Positions 38,938 to 48,258 of a DNA stretch of 58,562 nt are shown here, piece after piece; position 1 is the first letter of the stretch; each line of letters begins with the position of its first letter. The notes under the pieces are model-generated. The model was not told the DNA's origin, did not search any database, and worked only from the letters and a program-made list of their open reading frames with translations. Made by a program: the position numbers and the translations under genes. Origin of the DNA: a virus (lineage: Duplodnaviria > Caudoviricetes); IMG/VR virus record IMGVR_UViG_3300002461_000269, positions 1 to 58,562 of that record, one strand, 5' to 3'.

Positions 38938-39533
38938 TGGCACGGAAGCCCGCCCCTCGAACACCGGCCAAGCGCAAGCCCAAGGAGCAGCCCGAGCCGC
39001 ATGGCCCGAAGCTGACCGACGACATGCGCGCCTTCATCGTGGTGCAGCTGGCTTGCTATCGCTCGCTCACCACGGTGCAGAAGCAGATCAAGGACCGCTA
39101 CGACATTGAGGTCAGCCTGCCAGCGATTTGCCACTATGATCCCGCGACCCGTTCACAGGCCGCGCTCAAGTGGGCGCCGCTCTACGACGACACGCGCGCC
39201 AGGTTCATCGAGGAATTGCAGCGCCGCCCGCTGTTCCACCAGGCCTACCGCCTAGACGAATTGCAGCAGACCATCGACGCTTCGAAAGAAATCATGCTGA
39301 CCGGCACCGAGGGCAAGCTCGATGCGGCCGAGCAGATCCGCAAGGCAGTCGAGACAGCAGCCAAAGAGGTTGGCGGCGTCTTCACCAACGTGAAGAAGGG
39401 CTCGCTCGAATTGACGGGCTCGATCGCTGTGTCGACCGACGAGAAGCGCAACGTGCTCGAAGACAAGCTCAAGGATATTATCGAGGGCCGCTTCACCGAC
39501 ATGAAGCCCGCCAAGCGCATCGAGAAGGGCTGA
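38937..39533 (+). CDS. terS: Terminase small subunit (DUF2280-like)
   Basis: FIVVQLACY...YDP, TRARF, YRLDEL, AAKEVGGVFTN. Directly upstream of TerL. Confidence 0.82.
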   Translation: MARKPAPRTPAKRKPKEQPEPHGPKLTDDMRAFIVVQLACYRSLTTVQKQIKDRYDIEVSLPAICHYDPATRSQAALKWAPLYDDTRARFIEELQRRPLFHQAYRLDELQQTIDASKEIMLTGTEGKLDAAEQIRKAVETAAKEVGGVFTNVKKGSLELTGSIAVSTDEKRNVLEDKLKDIIEGRFTDMKPAKRIEKG

Positions 39534-39534
39534 C

Positions 39535-40374
39535 GTGGGTTACCGCGACGAGCTATTCGCAGTGCTGGAGCGCGGCGCAGCTGCGCAAGGCCTCGACCTG
39601 CGCGAGCTTGACGTTGGGCAATTCCTCGCCGGCATGGACGACGCCACGATCGAGGCGCTGCTGGCACCGATCCAGCAGGAGGAGCAATTCCTCCGGTTCA
39701 ACAAGTTCAAGCTGTTCTTCCCCGACGAGACGGTCGAGAAAGGCGGGCAGACTTTCCACAGCCGGCACCAGTACCCCAAGCACATGGAGTTCTTCGCCGA
39801 TGGTGCCGAGTTTCGGGAGCGCCTGTTCATGGCGGCCAACCGTGTTGGGAAGACGATCGCCGGCGCCTACGAGGTCAGCGCGCACCTGACCGGGCAATAT
39901 CCCCACTGGTGGCCGGGGCATCGGTTCAAGAAAGAGATACGCGCCTGGGCGGCCGGCGACACCAACGAAACCACGCGCGACATTATCCAGCTAGAGTTGC
40001 TGGGCAACGTCATCGGCGGGCTCGACGGGCGCAAGGGCGTGGACGGCTCCGGCATGATTCCGCGCGAGTGCATCGGCCCGATCAAGTGGAAGCAGGGCGT
40101 GCAGGATCTTGTCGATACCGTGGGCATCAAGCACAAGGGCGGGCGCCTGTCCTGGCTGGCGTTCAAGTCCTACGATCAGGGCCGCCGCTCCTTCCAAGGC
40201 ACCGCCAAAGAGGTGATCTGGCTGGACGAGGAATGCCCGGTCGACGTCTACGGCGAGTGCCTCATTCGTGTGGCGACGACGCGCGGGCTGCTGCTGACCA
40301 CCTTCACCCCCCTGACAGGCCTCACCGAGTTGGTCCTGTCGTTTCTCAATGATAGCGAAAGGCCAATGGCATGA
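39535..40374 (+). CDS. terL: Terminase large subunit, ATPase half
   Basis: Walker A AANRVGKT, Walker B IWLDEE, coupling motif TFTP. Stops after LVLSFLNDSERPMA. Confidence 0.92.
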   Translation: MGYRDELFAVLERGAAAQGLDLRELDVGQFLAGMDDATIEALLAPIQQEEQFLRFNKFKLFFPDETVEKGGQTFHSRHQYPKHMEFFADGAEFRERLFMAANRVGKTIAGAYEVSAHLTGQYPHWWPGHRFKKEIRAWAAGDTNETTRDIIQLELLGNVIGGLDGRKGVDGSGMIPRECIGPIKWKQGVQDLVDTVGIKHKGGRLSWLAFKSYDQGRRSFQGTAKEVIWLDEECPVDVYGECLIRVATTRGLLLTTFTPLTGLTELVLSFLNDSERPMA

Positions 40375-40454
40375 GCAAACACCCCTTCGACGAGCTGAAA
40401 GCAGCCATCCACGCCGACCCCGAGGACTTCTACGCCAAGCCGGAGGACGAATGA
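40371..40454 (+). CDS. 27-aa acidic peptide in terL insert
   Basis: MSKHPFDELKAAIHADPEDFYAKPEDE*, ATGA-coupled at both ends. Confidence 0.5.
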   Translation: MSKHPFDELKAAIHADPEDFYAKPEDE

Positions 40455-40669
40455 TGCGCAACCCAATCCGCACATTTCTGCTCCGTCGCCGCCTGCGCGA
40501 GCTCATGCCCCGGCGGCGGGACACGCTGTTCCGCTTCCACCTGAAAGCGCGCCGCATGATGATGCTCCGATCCTTTGGCGAGGTGCGCCCGATCCCTGCG
40601 CCCACTGGTGAGACGATCAAGTTCAGGCGCTCGCCGTCGTTCAGGGTGGAGGGCGCGGGCGATGAGTGA
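40451..40669 (+). CDS. 72-aa basic protein with capsid-like segment
   Basis: GGAGG RBS. LRSFGEVRPIPAPTGETIKFRR aligns without gaps to the major capsid protein. Confidence 0.6.
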   Translation: MMRNPIRTFLLRRRLRELMPRRRDTLFRFHLKARRMMMLRSFGEVRPIPAPTGETIKFRRSPSFRVEGAGDE

Positions 40670-40778
40670 GGCACTGCGCCATCTGCGCGCGTTTCTATTC
40701 CCGCCCTCGATCCATCGGCAGAAGGTCGATGTGTCGAACCGTATCCGCGCGCTCCACGGACTCCCTCCCCTGCGCTAG
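40662..40778 (+). CDS. 38-aa peptide in terL insert
   Basis: GGAGG upstream. MSEALRHLRAFLFPPSIHRQKVDVSNRIRALHGLPPLR*. Confidence 0.4.
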   Translation: MSEALRHLRAFLFPPSIHRQKVDVSNRIRALHGLPPLR

Positions 40779-40866
40779 TCCCCATAGGACGTAATTCACA
40801 GCCGCCCCTTCCCCTAATCGGAAGACGTATCGTATACCGACAACCCACCGCTTCGGAGGGTAATGG

Positions 40867-41616
40867 GTGGCGCGCGTCACAGACAGCAAGGCAATGGTGC
40901 AGGCAGGGTGGGACGACGTTCCGCACCTCGACCCCGCGACCAAGGCGGAAATGCTCGAAAGCATTCCGCCGCACCTGCGTGACGCCCGCACCAAAGGCAC
41001 GCCGTCATTCGGCTCCGGTGCCATCTACCCCGTCGTTCAATCCGAAATCATCGTCCCGCCGTTCCAGATCCCGAAATGGTGGGCCAAGGGCTACGGGCTC
41101 GATGTAGGCTGGAACAAGACCGCAGCCATCTTCGGCGCGCACGACCGCGATTCCGATGTGGTCTATCTCTACTCCGAGCACTACCGCGGGCAGGCCGAGC
41201 TATCCGTCCATGCCGAGGCCATCAAGGCGCGCGGTGCATGGCTGCGCGGCGGTATCGACCCGGCCGCCGCAGGCTCCGGCCAGCGCGACGGGCAACAGAT
41301 CCTCTCCAACTACCGCGACCTCGGGCTTGACGTCATCCCCGCCGACAATGCCGTCGAAGCCGGGCTGCAAGTCGTGTGGCAGATGCTCTCCACCGGAAAG
41401 CTCAAGGTCTTCTCCACCCTTCACAACTGGCTGGGCGAACACCGCCTCTACCGCCGCGACGAGCGCGGCCGCATCGTCAAGGAACGCGATCACCTCATGG
41501 ATGCCACCCGTTACCTCTGCATGATGCTGGGCCAGGTCATGCAGGCGCCGCCGGTTGCCAAGTTCGGCAATGACGAAACCACCTTCAACATTGCCAGCAA
41601 GATCGGGGGCTACTGA
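40867..41616 (+). CDS. terL: Terminase large subunit, nuclease half
   Basis: AGWDDVPHL, GSGAIYP, GLDVGW, IDPA and DHLMDATRY. Has its own GGAGG RBS. Confidence 0.9.
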   Translation: MARVTDSKAMVQAGWDDVPHLDPATKAEMLESIPPHLRDARTKGTPSFGSGAIYPVVQSEIIVPPFQIPKWWAKGYGLDVGWNKTAAIFGAHDRDSDVVYLYSEHYRGQAELSVHAEAIKARGAWLRGGIDPAAAGSGQRDGQQILSNYRDLGLDVIPADNAVEAGLQVVWQMLSTGKLKVFSTLHNWLGEHRLYRRDERGRIVKERDHLMDATRYLCMMLGQVMQAPPVAKFGNDETTFNIASKIGGY

Positions 41617-41617
41617 C

Positions 41618-44074
41618 GTGGACGATAACGGCACCATCATGGCCTATGACGATCCCGATATGCCCGACGATATGGGCAATCAGCGCAAGGAAACGCCGCA
41701 GGAGCGCAAGGCCCGGCAGCGCTGGCAGAAGGTGCAGGACGCCGCCGAACCGATCATTCGCAAGCTGGCCGCCCAAGCACGCGAGCAGATGAGCCTGCGC
41801 GGTTCGATCGAGCAGCGCTGGCTTGAGGATCTTCGGCAGTTCCATGGCGTCTACGACAAGGAAACCGATACCGAGCTAAAGAACGACGACAGCCGTTCGC
41901 GCACGTTCATCAACATCACCCGGCCCAAGACGAACAGCTGGGCCGCGCGCCTGGGCGACATGCTCTTGCCCAACGACGAGCGCAATTGGGGGATCGATCC
42001 CACACCCATCCCCGAGTTGAACAGTGAGGCGCGCGAGATTGCGCGCATGGCCGAGGAGGCCGCGCAACAAGCCGAGCAGGCGACCGAGCAGCACAACGCC
42101 AATGTCGACGAGGGCGGCAATCCCAACGCCACCATGCCAGAGGTGCAGGCCAAGGCCACCGCGGCAAAGGAAATGATGGACCGCGCCAAGCAGCAGCAGC
42201 GCGAGATTGAGGAAGCCACCAAGCGTTGCAAGGCCATGGAGCGGTTGATCGACGATCAACTGACCGAGAGCCGCTTCCCGGCCCGGTGCCGCGATGCCAT
42301 TGCCGATATGTGCAAGCTGGGCGTCGGCATCATCAAAGGCCCGATGGTCAGCGGCAAGCAGCCCCAGCGCTGGCAGGTCGACGGGCAGGGCAATGCCGTG
42401 TTGCAGCCGATCACCGATCAGAAGGTGCCGACCTATCGCCGCGTCAATCCCTGGCACTTCTTCCCCGACATGAACGCCGGCGAGATTGAAGACGCCGAGT
42501 TCACCTATGAGCGCCACCTCCTCAACGCCAAGCAGCTGCGCAAGATGGCGAAGGATATGGACTTCAACAAAGGCACGACGCGCAAGCTCTTGGCCGATGG
42601 CGGCGCGCAGCACGGTGCCGAGAACGTCACCGACCTGTCCTATCTGTCCGAGCTTCGCAACATGGAGCACCACGGCAGCGAGAGCGCGCTATCACCGCTC
42701 AAGGACCGCTACGTCATTTGGGAGTTCCACGGCGCGCTGGAAATCCATGAGATTGCCAAGCTGGTGCGAGCCATGGGACAAGAGGACGAGGCCAACGAGT
42801 ACCTCAAGACCGCCGACCCGCTCGACGTTCGCATGGTCACGGTGTTCTTCTGCAATTCCAAGCTCCTCAAGATCAACGCCGAATACATGCTGGATTCCGG
42901 CGCTTCGCTGTACTCGATCGCCAGTTTCGAGAAGGCCGAGGCCACCATCCTTGGCGCCGTCGGTGTGCCGCGCCTGATGCGCCACGAACAGGCGATGCTC
43001 AACTCGGCCGTCCGCATGGTGATGGACAACGCCGCGCTATCGGTATCGCCGCAGGTGGTGGTCGATCAGAAGGGCGTCGAGCCGGTCGACGGAAGCTGGA
43101 AGCTCAAGGCCCGCAAGATTTGGCGCAAGATCAGCGGCGGGCACGCCAACCCCAATTCGCCGCCGTTCGAGCTATTCAATATCCCGCTCAATCAGAACCA
43201 GCTGGCGCAGATCATCGAGCTTGCCATGCGGTTTGTCGATGAAGCCGTGTCGATGCCGCTCATCGCGCAGGGCGAGCAGGGCGCACACATCACGCAGACC
43301 GCCAGCGGCATGACCATGCTGATGAACAGCGCCAACGTCGTGTTCCGCCGCGTGGTCAAGAATTACGACGACGACATGATCGGGCTGATAATCCGAACCT
43401 ACGACTTCAACATGCAGTTCTCGAACCGGCCCGAGGTCAAGGGCGACATGAAGGTCGAGGCGCGCGGCACATCGGTGCTGCTGGTGCGCGAAATCCAGGC
43501 ACAGCAATTGCAGATGATCCTGCGCGAATGGAGCGTGCACCCGATCATGGGCGTGGGCTTCCGCGCGTACCAGGCAATGAAGCTCGTCTTGCAGGCCATG
43601 TCGATCAACCCCGATGATCTTCTGATTACCGAGGAAGATTACATGAAGAAGCTCGCGCAGATGGCGCAGCCGCAGGACGGCGAGGAGCAGCAGGAAAGCG
43701 CCGATCAGATCCGCGCGCAGACGCAGCTGCAAATTGCCAACATCGAGGCCGCCAACCGCGAGAAGGACGGCCAGGTGCAGTTGCAGATTGCCGAGATCCG
43801 CCGCGAAACCGAGTTCGCCAAGCTCGGGCTGCAAGAGAACCTCACCTTGCAGCAGATCCAAGCCATGTTTGCGACCAAGGAAATGGACGGCGCGGTCAAG
43901 GTCGAGAGCACCCGCATCAAGTCGCAATCCGACGAACGCAAGCTCGCTGCCGAGATTGGCATGGAGCGCGAAGCCGCACGCGAAGCCCGCGCCCGGGGGG
44001 AAATGCCCACCGGTTCGGGCGGCGCCGTGTCGATGGGTGGCCGCAAGGCGCCCGCTAACACCAACCCCCAATGA
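41618..44074 (+). CDS. Portal protein (P22-like with C-terminal helical barrel)
   Basis: ~820 aa after terminase. FINITRPKT, PWHFFPD, QTASGMTML and a Gln-rich coiled-coil C-terminus. Confidence 0.88.
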   Translation: MDDNGTIMAYDDPDMPDDMGNQRKETPQERKARQRWQKVQDAAEPIIRKLAAQAREQMSLRGSIEQRWLEDLRQFHGVYDKETDTELKNDDSRSRTFINITRPKTNSWAARLGDMLLPNDERNWGIDPTPIPELNSEAREIARMAEEAAQQAEQATEQHNANVDEGGNPNATMPEVQAKATAAKEMMDRAKQQQREIEEATKRCKAMERLIDDQLTESRFPARCRDAIADMCKLGVGIIKGPMVSGKQPQRWQVDGQGNAVLQPITDQKVPTYRRVNPWHFFPDMNAGEIEDAEFTYERHLLNAKQLRKMAKDMDFNKGTTRKLLADGGAQHGAENVTDLSYLSELRNMEHHGSESALSPLKDRYVIWEFHGALEIHEIAKLVRAMGQEDEANEYLKTADPLDVRMVTVFFCNSKLLKINAEYMLDSGASLYSIASFEKAEATILGAVGVPRLMRHEQAMLNSAVRMVMDNAALSVSPQVVVDQKGVEPVDGSWKLKARKIWRKISGGHANPNSPPFELFNIPLNQNQLAQIIELAMRFVDEAVSMPLIAQGEQGAHITQTASGMTMLMNSANVVFRRVVKNYDDDMIGLIIRTYDFNMQFSNRPEVKGDMKVEARGTSVLLVREIQAQQLQMILREWSVHPIMGVGFRAYQAMKLVLQAMSINPDDLLITEEDYMKKLAQMAQPQDGEEQQESADQIRAQTQLQIANIEAANREKDGQVQLQIAEIRRETEFAKLGLQENLTLQQIQAMFATKEMDGAVKVESTRIKSQSDERKLAAEIGMEREAAREARARGEMPTGSGGAVSMGGRKAPANTNPQ

Positions 44075-45057
44075 CGGAGAGCACCCCCATGCCCAAAGCC
44101 ATCCGATGGTCCGACGATGACCGATACTTTGGCCCCCTGACGTTCGCGCGCAACGGCCGCTACCGCAATCTCTCCATCATGCTCGGCTCGGGCGACGGCG
44201 ACGATTATCCAGGCTGCCGGCTGCGCATAAGTCTGATCGCGTTCACGATTATCATTGCGCTGCCTGCCATCTTGAAACCGTGGCGGCGCTGGGTGGAAAT
44301 CCGCACCGAGCCGACCCGCTCGCAAATGATCGAGCGAGGGCGTGAGCCCGGCTATTGGGACAGCCACGAGCGCGAATACGGCTTCTCCGCTGCCGAGGGA
44401 GCACTGCACGTCCACTACGGCCCGCAGACCCACGACAGCGAAACGACCAAGAGCAAGTGCTTCTTCTACCCTTGGCGCGAACACCGCATGATACGGCACA
44501 GCCTCTACGACCTGGAGGGCGAGCACTTTGCTGACCTGCCGCAGTCAAAGGGCTGGTCCAACAATCGCTGGAATGTCGAGCGCGCAATCGTGGACGCCTG
44601 CCCCGTTGCTAAGTTTGAGTTCAAAGACTTCGACGGCGAGCTCATCACGGCGACCGCGCGCATGGAGGAGCGCGAATGGAAGCGCGGCAAGGGTATCTTC
44701 CGCGTGTTCTATCTCGGACGCAACCGCGTCAGCCGCTCGCTTGATCTGCGTTTCTCCTCTGAGGTGGGCAAGCGCAAGGGAAGCTGGAAGGGCGGCACCG
44801 TCGGGCACTCGATCGACATGAAGCCCCGCGAGACGCACGAAGAAGCCTTTCGCCGCTACTGCCAGCAGGAGGGGCTGACCTTTGTGGGGCCACTGGCCGC
44901 CGTGCCTGACGCCGACAAGTGGGAGGCGCGCGGGCAAATACATCTGCGCTGGATCGATCACGGCATCAAGGACGACAATATCTCCGGCACCATGCTGAAC
45001 CTTGCTGTTGGATTGCCCGCTGATGCGCAAATCCCCGTCGAACGGTTCGCCATATGA
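44071..45057 (+). CDS. Hypothetical Trp/Arg-rich protein inserted in head module
   Basis: 328-aa coupled ORF containing FSSEVGKRKGSWKGGTVG. Confidence 0.7.
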   Translation: MTESTPMPKAIRWSDDDRYFGPLTFARNGRYRNLSIMLGSGDGDDYPGCRLRISLIAFTIIIALPAILKPWRRWVEIRTEPTRSQMIERGREPGYWDSHEREYGFSAAEGALHVHYGPQTHDSETTKSKCFFYPWREHRMIRHSLYDLEGEHFADLPQSKGWSNNRWNVERAIVDACPVAKFEFKDFDGELITATARMEEREWKRGKGIFRVFYLGRNRVSRSLDLRFSSEVGKRKGSWKGGTVGHSIDMKPRETHEEAFRRYCQQEGLTFVGPLAAVPDADKWEARGQIHLRWIDHGIKDDNISGTMLNLAVGLPADAQIPVERFAI

Positions 45058-45215
45058 GCCCCGAGCTTCAAGCCATTCTCGACGCCGAGGCCGCCAAGCA
45101 ACAGGCGGCCTCGGACAGTCTCGCCCACGCCGCGCGCAATCACAACATGGCCTACCGCACCAGCAAGAGCGCGCTTGCTGCCACCACCACGTTCTACCGA
45201 CCGCGCCAACTCTAG
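45054..45215 (+). CDS. 53-aa hypothetical protein
   Basis: ATGA-coupled. MSPELQAILDAEAAK.... Confidence 0.5.
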   Translation: MSPELQAILDAEAAKQQAASDSLAHAARNHNMAYRTSKSALAATTTFYRPRQL

Positions 45216-45224
45216 GAGATCATC

Positions 45225-45503
45225 ATGGCGACCACCACGATTACGCAGTTTGCACGATCGGCACGCGATGCTGACGGCGAGACGATGCAGATGGGCAATA
45301 TCCGCGTTGGCGGGCAAACCCTCACCGGAGCCGGCGCTAGCGCAGCGATGAACGAGGCCGCGCGCTTTGTCCGCATCGCCACTGACACTGCCTACACCAC
45401 CAACATTTACGGCGCTGGCACGGCGACCTTGCACCCGGCCGGCTCGGTCGAGTTCTTCCCGGTCGAGCCCGGCCAGGTCATCACCTTCACCGATGTGGTG
45501 TGA
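45225..45503 (+). CDS. Small beta-rich virion-associated protein
   Basis: AGGAG RBS. RFVRIATD and PAGSVEFF. Confidence 0.65.
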   Translation: MATTTITQFARSARDADGETMQMGNIRVGGQTLTGAGASAAMNEAARFVRIATDTAYTTNIYGAGTATLHPAGSVEFFPVEPGQVITFTDVV

Positions 45504-45724
45504 TGAGCAACGCGGCCAATATCCGGTGGGGCGACGTCTCCGTGCAGTTCAAGCGCGAGCTTGAGAACACCCGCGAGCGGCTCGAAACCGCCGCGCTTGC
45601 TGACGTCGCCGCCCTGCAAGGCCAGGTCGCGGCCATGAAGTCGATTATCCAGTGGTTCGAGCACGGCGCCTTTGCCGAGCGCGCGATCCTGTTCTCCCCC
45701 AACCCCCATGACACACAGGATTGA
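45503..45724 (+). CDS. Small head-module protein
   Basis: LQGQVAAMK helix typical of genes between portal and scaffold. Confidence 0.65.
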   Translation: MSNAANIRWGDVSVQFKRELENTRERLETAALADVAALQGQVAAMKSIIQWFEHGAFAERAILFSPNPHDTQD

Positions 45725-45726
45725 CT

Positions 45727-46710
45727 ATGAGCGTTGAAAATATGAAAGTGCCCGCAGGTCAGAGCCCTTCGCACGCGCAGGACGATGACGACGAGTTCGA
45801 CGCTGCCATGGCTGAGGCCACGGCTGATGAAGGCGCCCCGGCACACGCTGCGGCAGACCCCGATTCAGACGGCCCCGCCAGTGGAACCGACGAACCCCCT
45901 GTCCCGGCCGGATCGGCTGCGACACAAGCGACACCCGCGGCAGGCAATGCCCCGAGTGGAAACCCCGAACACAGCGATATTTGGGCCAATGCCCCGCCTG
46001 AATTGAAGGCCGCTTATGAGCAGGAGCGACGAGACGCCGAATTGCGTTTCAAGTCTGTTCAGGGCCGACAGTCAGCAGCAGACCGCGAGCTTGAGCGCCT
46101 TCGGGCAGAGCACGCAGAGTTGCAACGGCGGATGCAGTCTGAACCCAGCGCCAAGGAAGGCAAGCAGGGTGCGAGCGAAAGCCAAGCCCCGACTGCCAGA
46201 GACAAGGCGGTGGAGGATTACCCTGAGATCGCTGGGCCGCTGGTGGAAGACATCAAGAGGCTGGAAAGCCAATTGAGCCAGGTGCAGCAGGGGGTTGGCA
46301 CGTTCCAACAGGAGCGCGAGCAAACCTTCTACAAGCAGCAGCAGGATCTTCTCACCGAAAAGCAGCCCGATTGGTTGACCGTACTCGGAGACGAACGGTT
46401 CGGCGGATGGCTCCAAGAACAGCCAAAAGCCGTGCAGGAAACCTTCGAGCGCAACAGTCAGGCAATCGTCGACGGGAACGAAGCCGCATGGCTGGTCGGT
46501 CAGTTCAAGACCGCGCTGGGAATCGGGGCGCAGCCTCAACAGCAGCAACAGCCATCGCCGGAAGCCAATCGCCGCGCGAAGCAATTGGCAGCAGGACGGG
46601 ATTTCAGCGGTGGTTCGGGTGCTCCGGTTGCCGACGGGATTCCAGACGATTTCGATGCCGCGCTCAACATTCTTGCCGATGAGGAAGATGCGAAAGTGCG
46701 GCGACGGTAA
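45727..46710 (+). CDS. Capsid scaffolding protein
   Basis: Acidic disordered N-terminus and coiled coils, directly upstream of the capsid gene. Confidence 0.75.
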   Translation: MSVENMKVPAGQSPSHAQDDDDEFDAAMAEATADEGAPAHAAADPDSDGPASGTDEPPVPAGSAATQATPAAGNAPSGNPEHSDIWANAPPELKAAYEQERRDAELRFKSVQGRQSAADRELERLRAEHAELQRRMQSEPSAKEGKQGASESQAPTARDKAVEDYPEIAGPLVEDIKRLESQLSQVQQGVGTFQQEREQTFYKQQQDLLTEKQPDWLTVLGDERFGGWLQEQPKAVQETFERNSQAIVDGNEAAWLVGQFKTALGIGAQPQQQQQPSPEANRRAKQLAAGRDFSGGSGAPVADGIPDDFDAALNILADEEDAKVRRR

Positions 46711-46768
46711 CACTCCGGCTTGAGGTAGCGGGCGCGTCCCATCCTCCTGCCGATAGGGGGTAAAGACG

Positions 46769-47788
46769 ATGGCAATTTCCACTTATGGCGACATTGGTTC
46801 GCGTACCGCTGCCTACGCAGCAAAAGAGTTCCTCAAGCACGTTATGCCTACCCTGGTGCTGTCCAAGTTCGGCCAGACCAAGCCACTGCCGCGCAACAAG
46901 ACGCAGACGATCAAGTTCCGTCGCGCTGTCCCGTACCCCGCCGCGCTGGTGCCGCTGCAAGAGGGCGTAACCCCCTCGGTCAGCGGAACCTCGTTCGAGG
47001 ACGTGACGGTGCAGCTGCTCCAGTGGGGCGACGTGCACGGTCTGACCGACGTGATTGCAGACACCCACGAAGATCCTGTGTTGCAGGAAATGATGATGCT
47101 GTCGGGCGAACAGGCCGGCCGCACGATCGAGCAGGTGATCTACAACGTCGTCAAGGGCGGCACCTCGGTGTTCTATGCCAACGGTGCATCGCGCGCCGCG
47201 GTGAACACCACGATCAGCCTCAACAAGCAGCGCGCGGTCACCCGCTTCCTCAAGGCTCAAAAGGCCAAGAAGCTGACCAAGATGCTGTCGGGCTCGGTCA
47301 ACATCGGCACCACGCCGATCGAGGCTTGCTATGTGGCGATCACCCACACCGACCTTGAACCGGACATTCGCAACCTGGCCGGCTTTGTGCCTGTGTCCAA
47401 GTACGGCACCATGTCCCCCCTGTGCCCCGAAGAAGTCGGGACCGTCGAGGAGGTGCGCTACATCACCTCGCCGGATCTTGAGCCCTTCGAGAACGCAGGC
47501 GGTGCGCCGGGTTCGACCGTGCTCTCGACTGGTGGCAGCAATGCCGACGTCTATCCGGTGCTCTACTTTGGCGCCGAGGCTTATGGCCTCACGCCGCTGG
47601 GCAACTCGAAGGACAGCATGGGCGCATCGAACCAGCCTGTGAAGCCGACGGTCATCAACCCGAACACCCCGAGCGCGAGCGATGTGCTCGGCCAGCGCGG
47701 CTACGTCGGTTGGAAGACCTACTTCAACGCCGTGCGTCTCAACGAGACGTGGATGTGCCGCCTCGAAGTGGCCGCTTCCGCACTGTGA
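46769..47788 (+). CDS. Major capsid protein, N4-gp56 family
   Basis: TYGDI, FGQTKPLP..TIKFRR, LQEGVTP, DVYP, DVLGQRGYVGWK. Confidence 0.93.
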   Translation: MAISTYGDIGSRTAAYAAKEFLKHVMPTLVLSKFGQTKPLPRNKTQTIKFRRAVPYPAALVPLQEGVTPSVSGTSFEDVTVQLLQWGDVHGLTDVIADTHEDPVLQEMMMLSGEQAGRTIEQVIYNVVKGGTSVFYANGASRAAVNTTISLNKQRAVTRFLKAQKAKKLTKMLSGSVNIGTTPIEACYVAITHTDLEPDIRNLAGFVPVSKYGTMSPLCPEEVGTVEEVRYITSPDLEPFENAGGAPGSTVLSTGGSNADVYPVLYFGAEAYGLTPLGNSKDSMGASNQPVKPTVINPNTPSASDVLGQRGYVGWKTYFNAVRLNETWMCRLEVAASAL

Positions 47789-47795
47789 TGAGCGA

Positions 47796-47821
47796 GGGGG
47801 GCGGGCTTCGGCCCGCCTCCT
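47796..47821 (+). terminator. GC-rich UUCG hairpin after capsid gene (attenuator or stabiliser, no U-tract)
   Basis: GGGGGGCGGGC-TTCG-GCCCGCCTCCT. Confidence 0.55.
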
Positions 47822-47854
47822 GACCTTGCACGCCAGCAACAAGGACATTGAGCA

Positions 47855-48169
47855 ATGGCAAAAGAGATCATGATTGGCAGTTACGCCGGCACTGGCGCAG
47901 CGGTCACCGTCGACCTGGGTTTCATCCCTGATTACATTCTCGTCGAGAACGCCACCGATGGCGACGCCAACTGGAAGTGGTTTGCCGGCATGGCTGACGC
48001 CTCGGCGCTCCAGCAGGTTGCCGCAGGCACCAAGACCCTGATTACCTCGAACGGCATTACGCCCGATCGCGGCAGTCAGTCGAGCCCGCTCGGCATTACG
48101 CTCGGCTCGGCATTGTCGGAATCCGGCAAGACCTTCCGCTACGTCGCCATGCGCAACGCGGAATACTGA
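47855..48169 (+). CDS. Putative capsid decoration protein
   Basis: GSYAGTG...DLGFIPDYI; follows the capsid gene. Confidence 0.65.
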   Translation: MAKEIMIGSYAGTGAAVTVDLGFIPDYILVENATDGDANWKWFAGMADASALQQVAAGTKTLITSNGITPDRGSQSSPLGITLGSALSESGKTFRYVAMRNAEY

Positions 48170-48258
48170 GCAACCTCGTTCGGCGGGTGGATCTCCTCGA
48201 TCCCCTCTCTGCTGTCCACCCGCCGGGCACCCTTCCCCTTCGAGACTGGAGTACCCTC

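Noticed and set aside
40375-40866. Group I/II intron or intein in terL
   Set aside because: No recognisable conserved intron core or homing endonuclease. The insert consists of coupled mini-ORFs with stops. Not formally excluded without an Infernal search.
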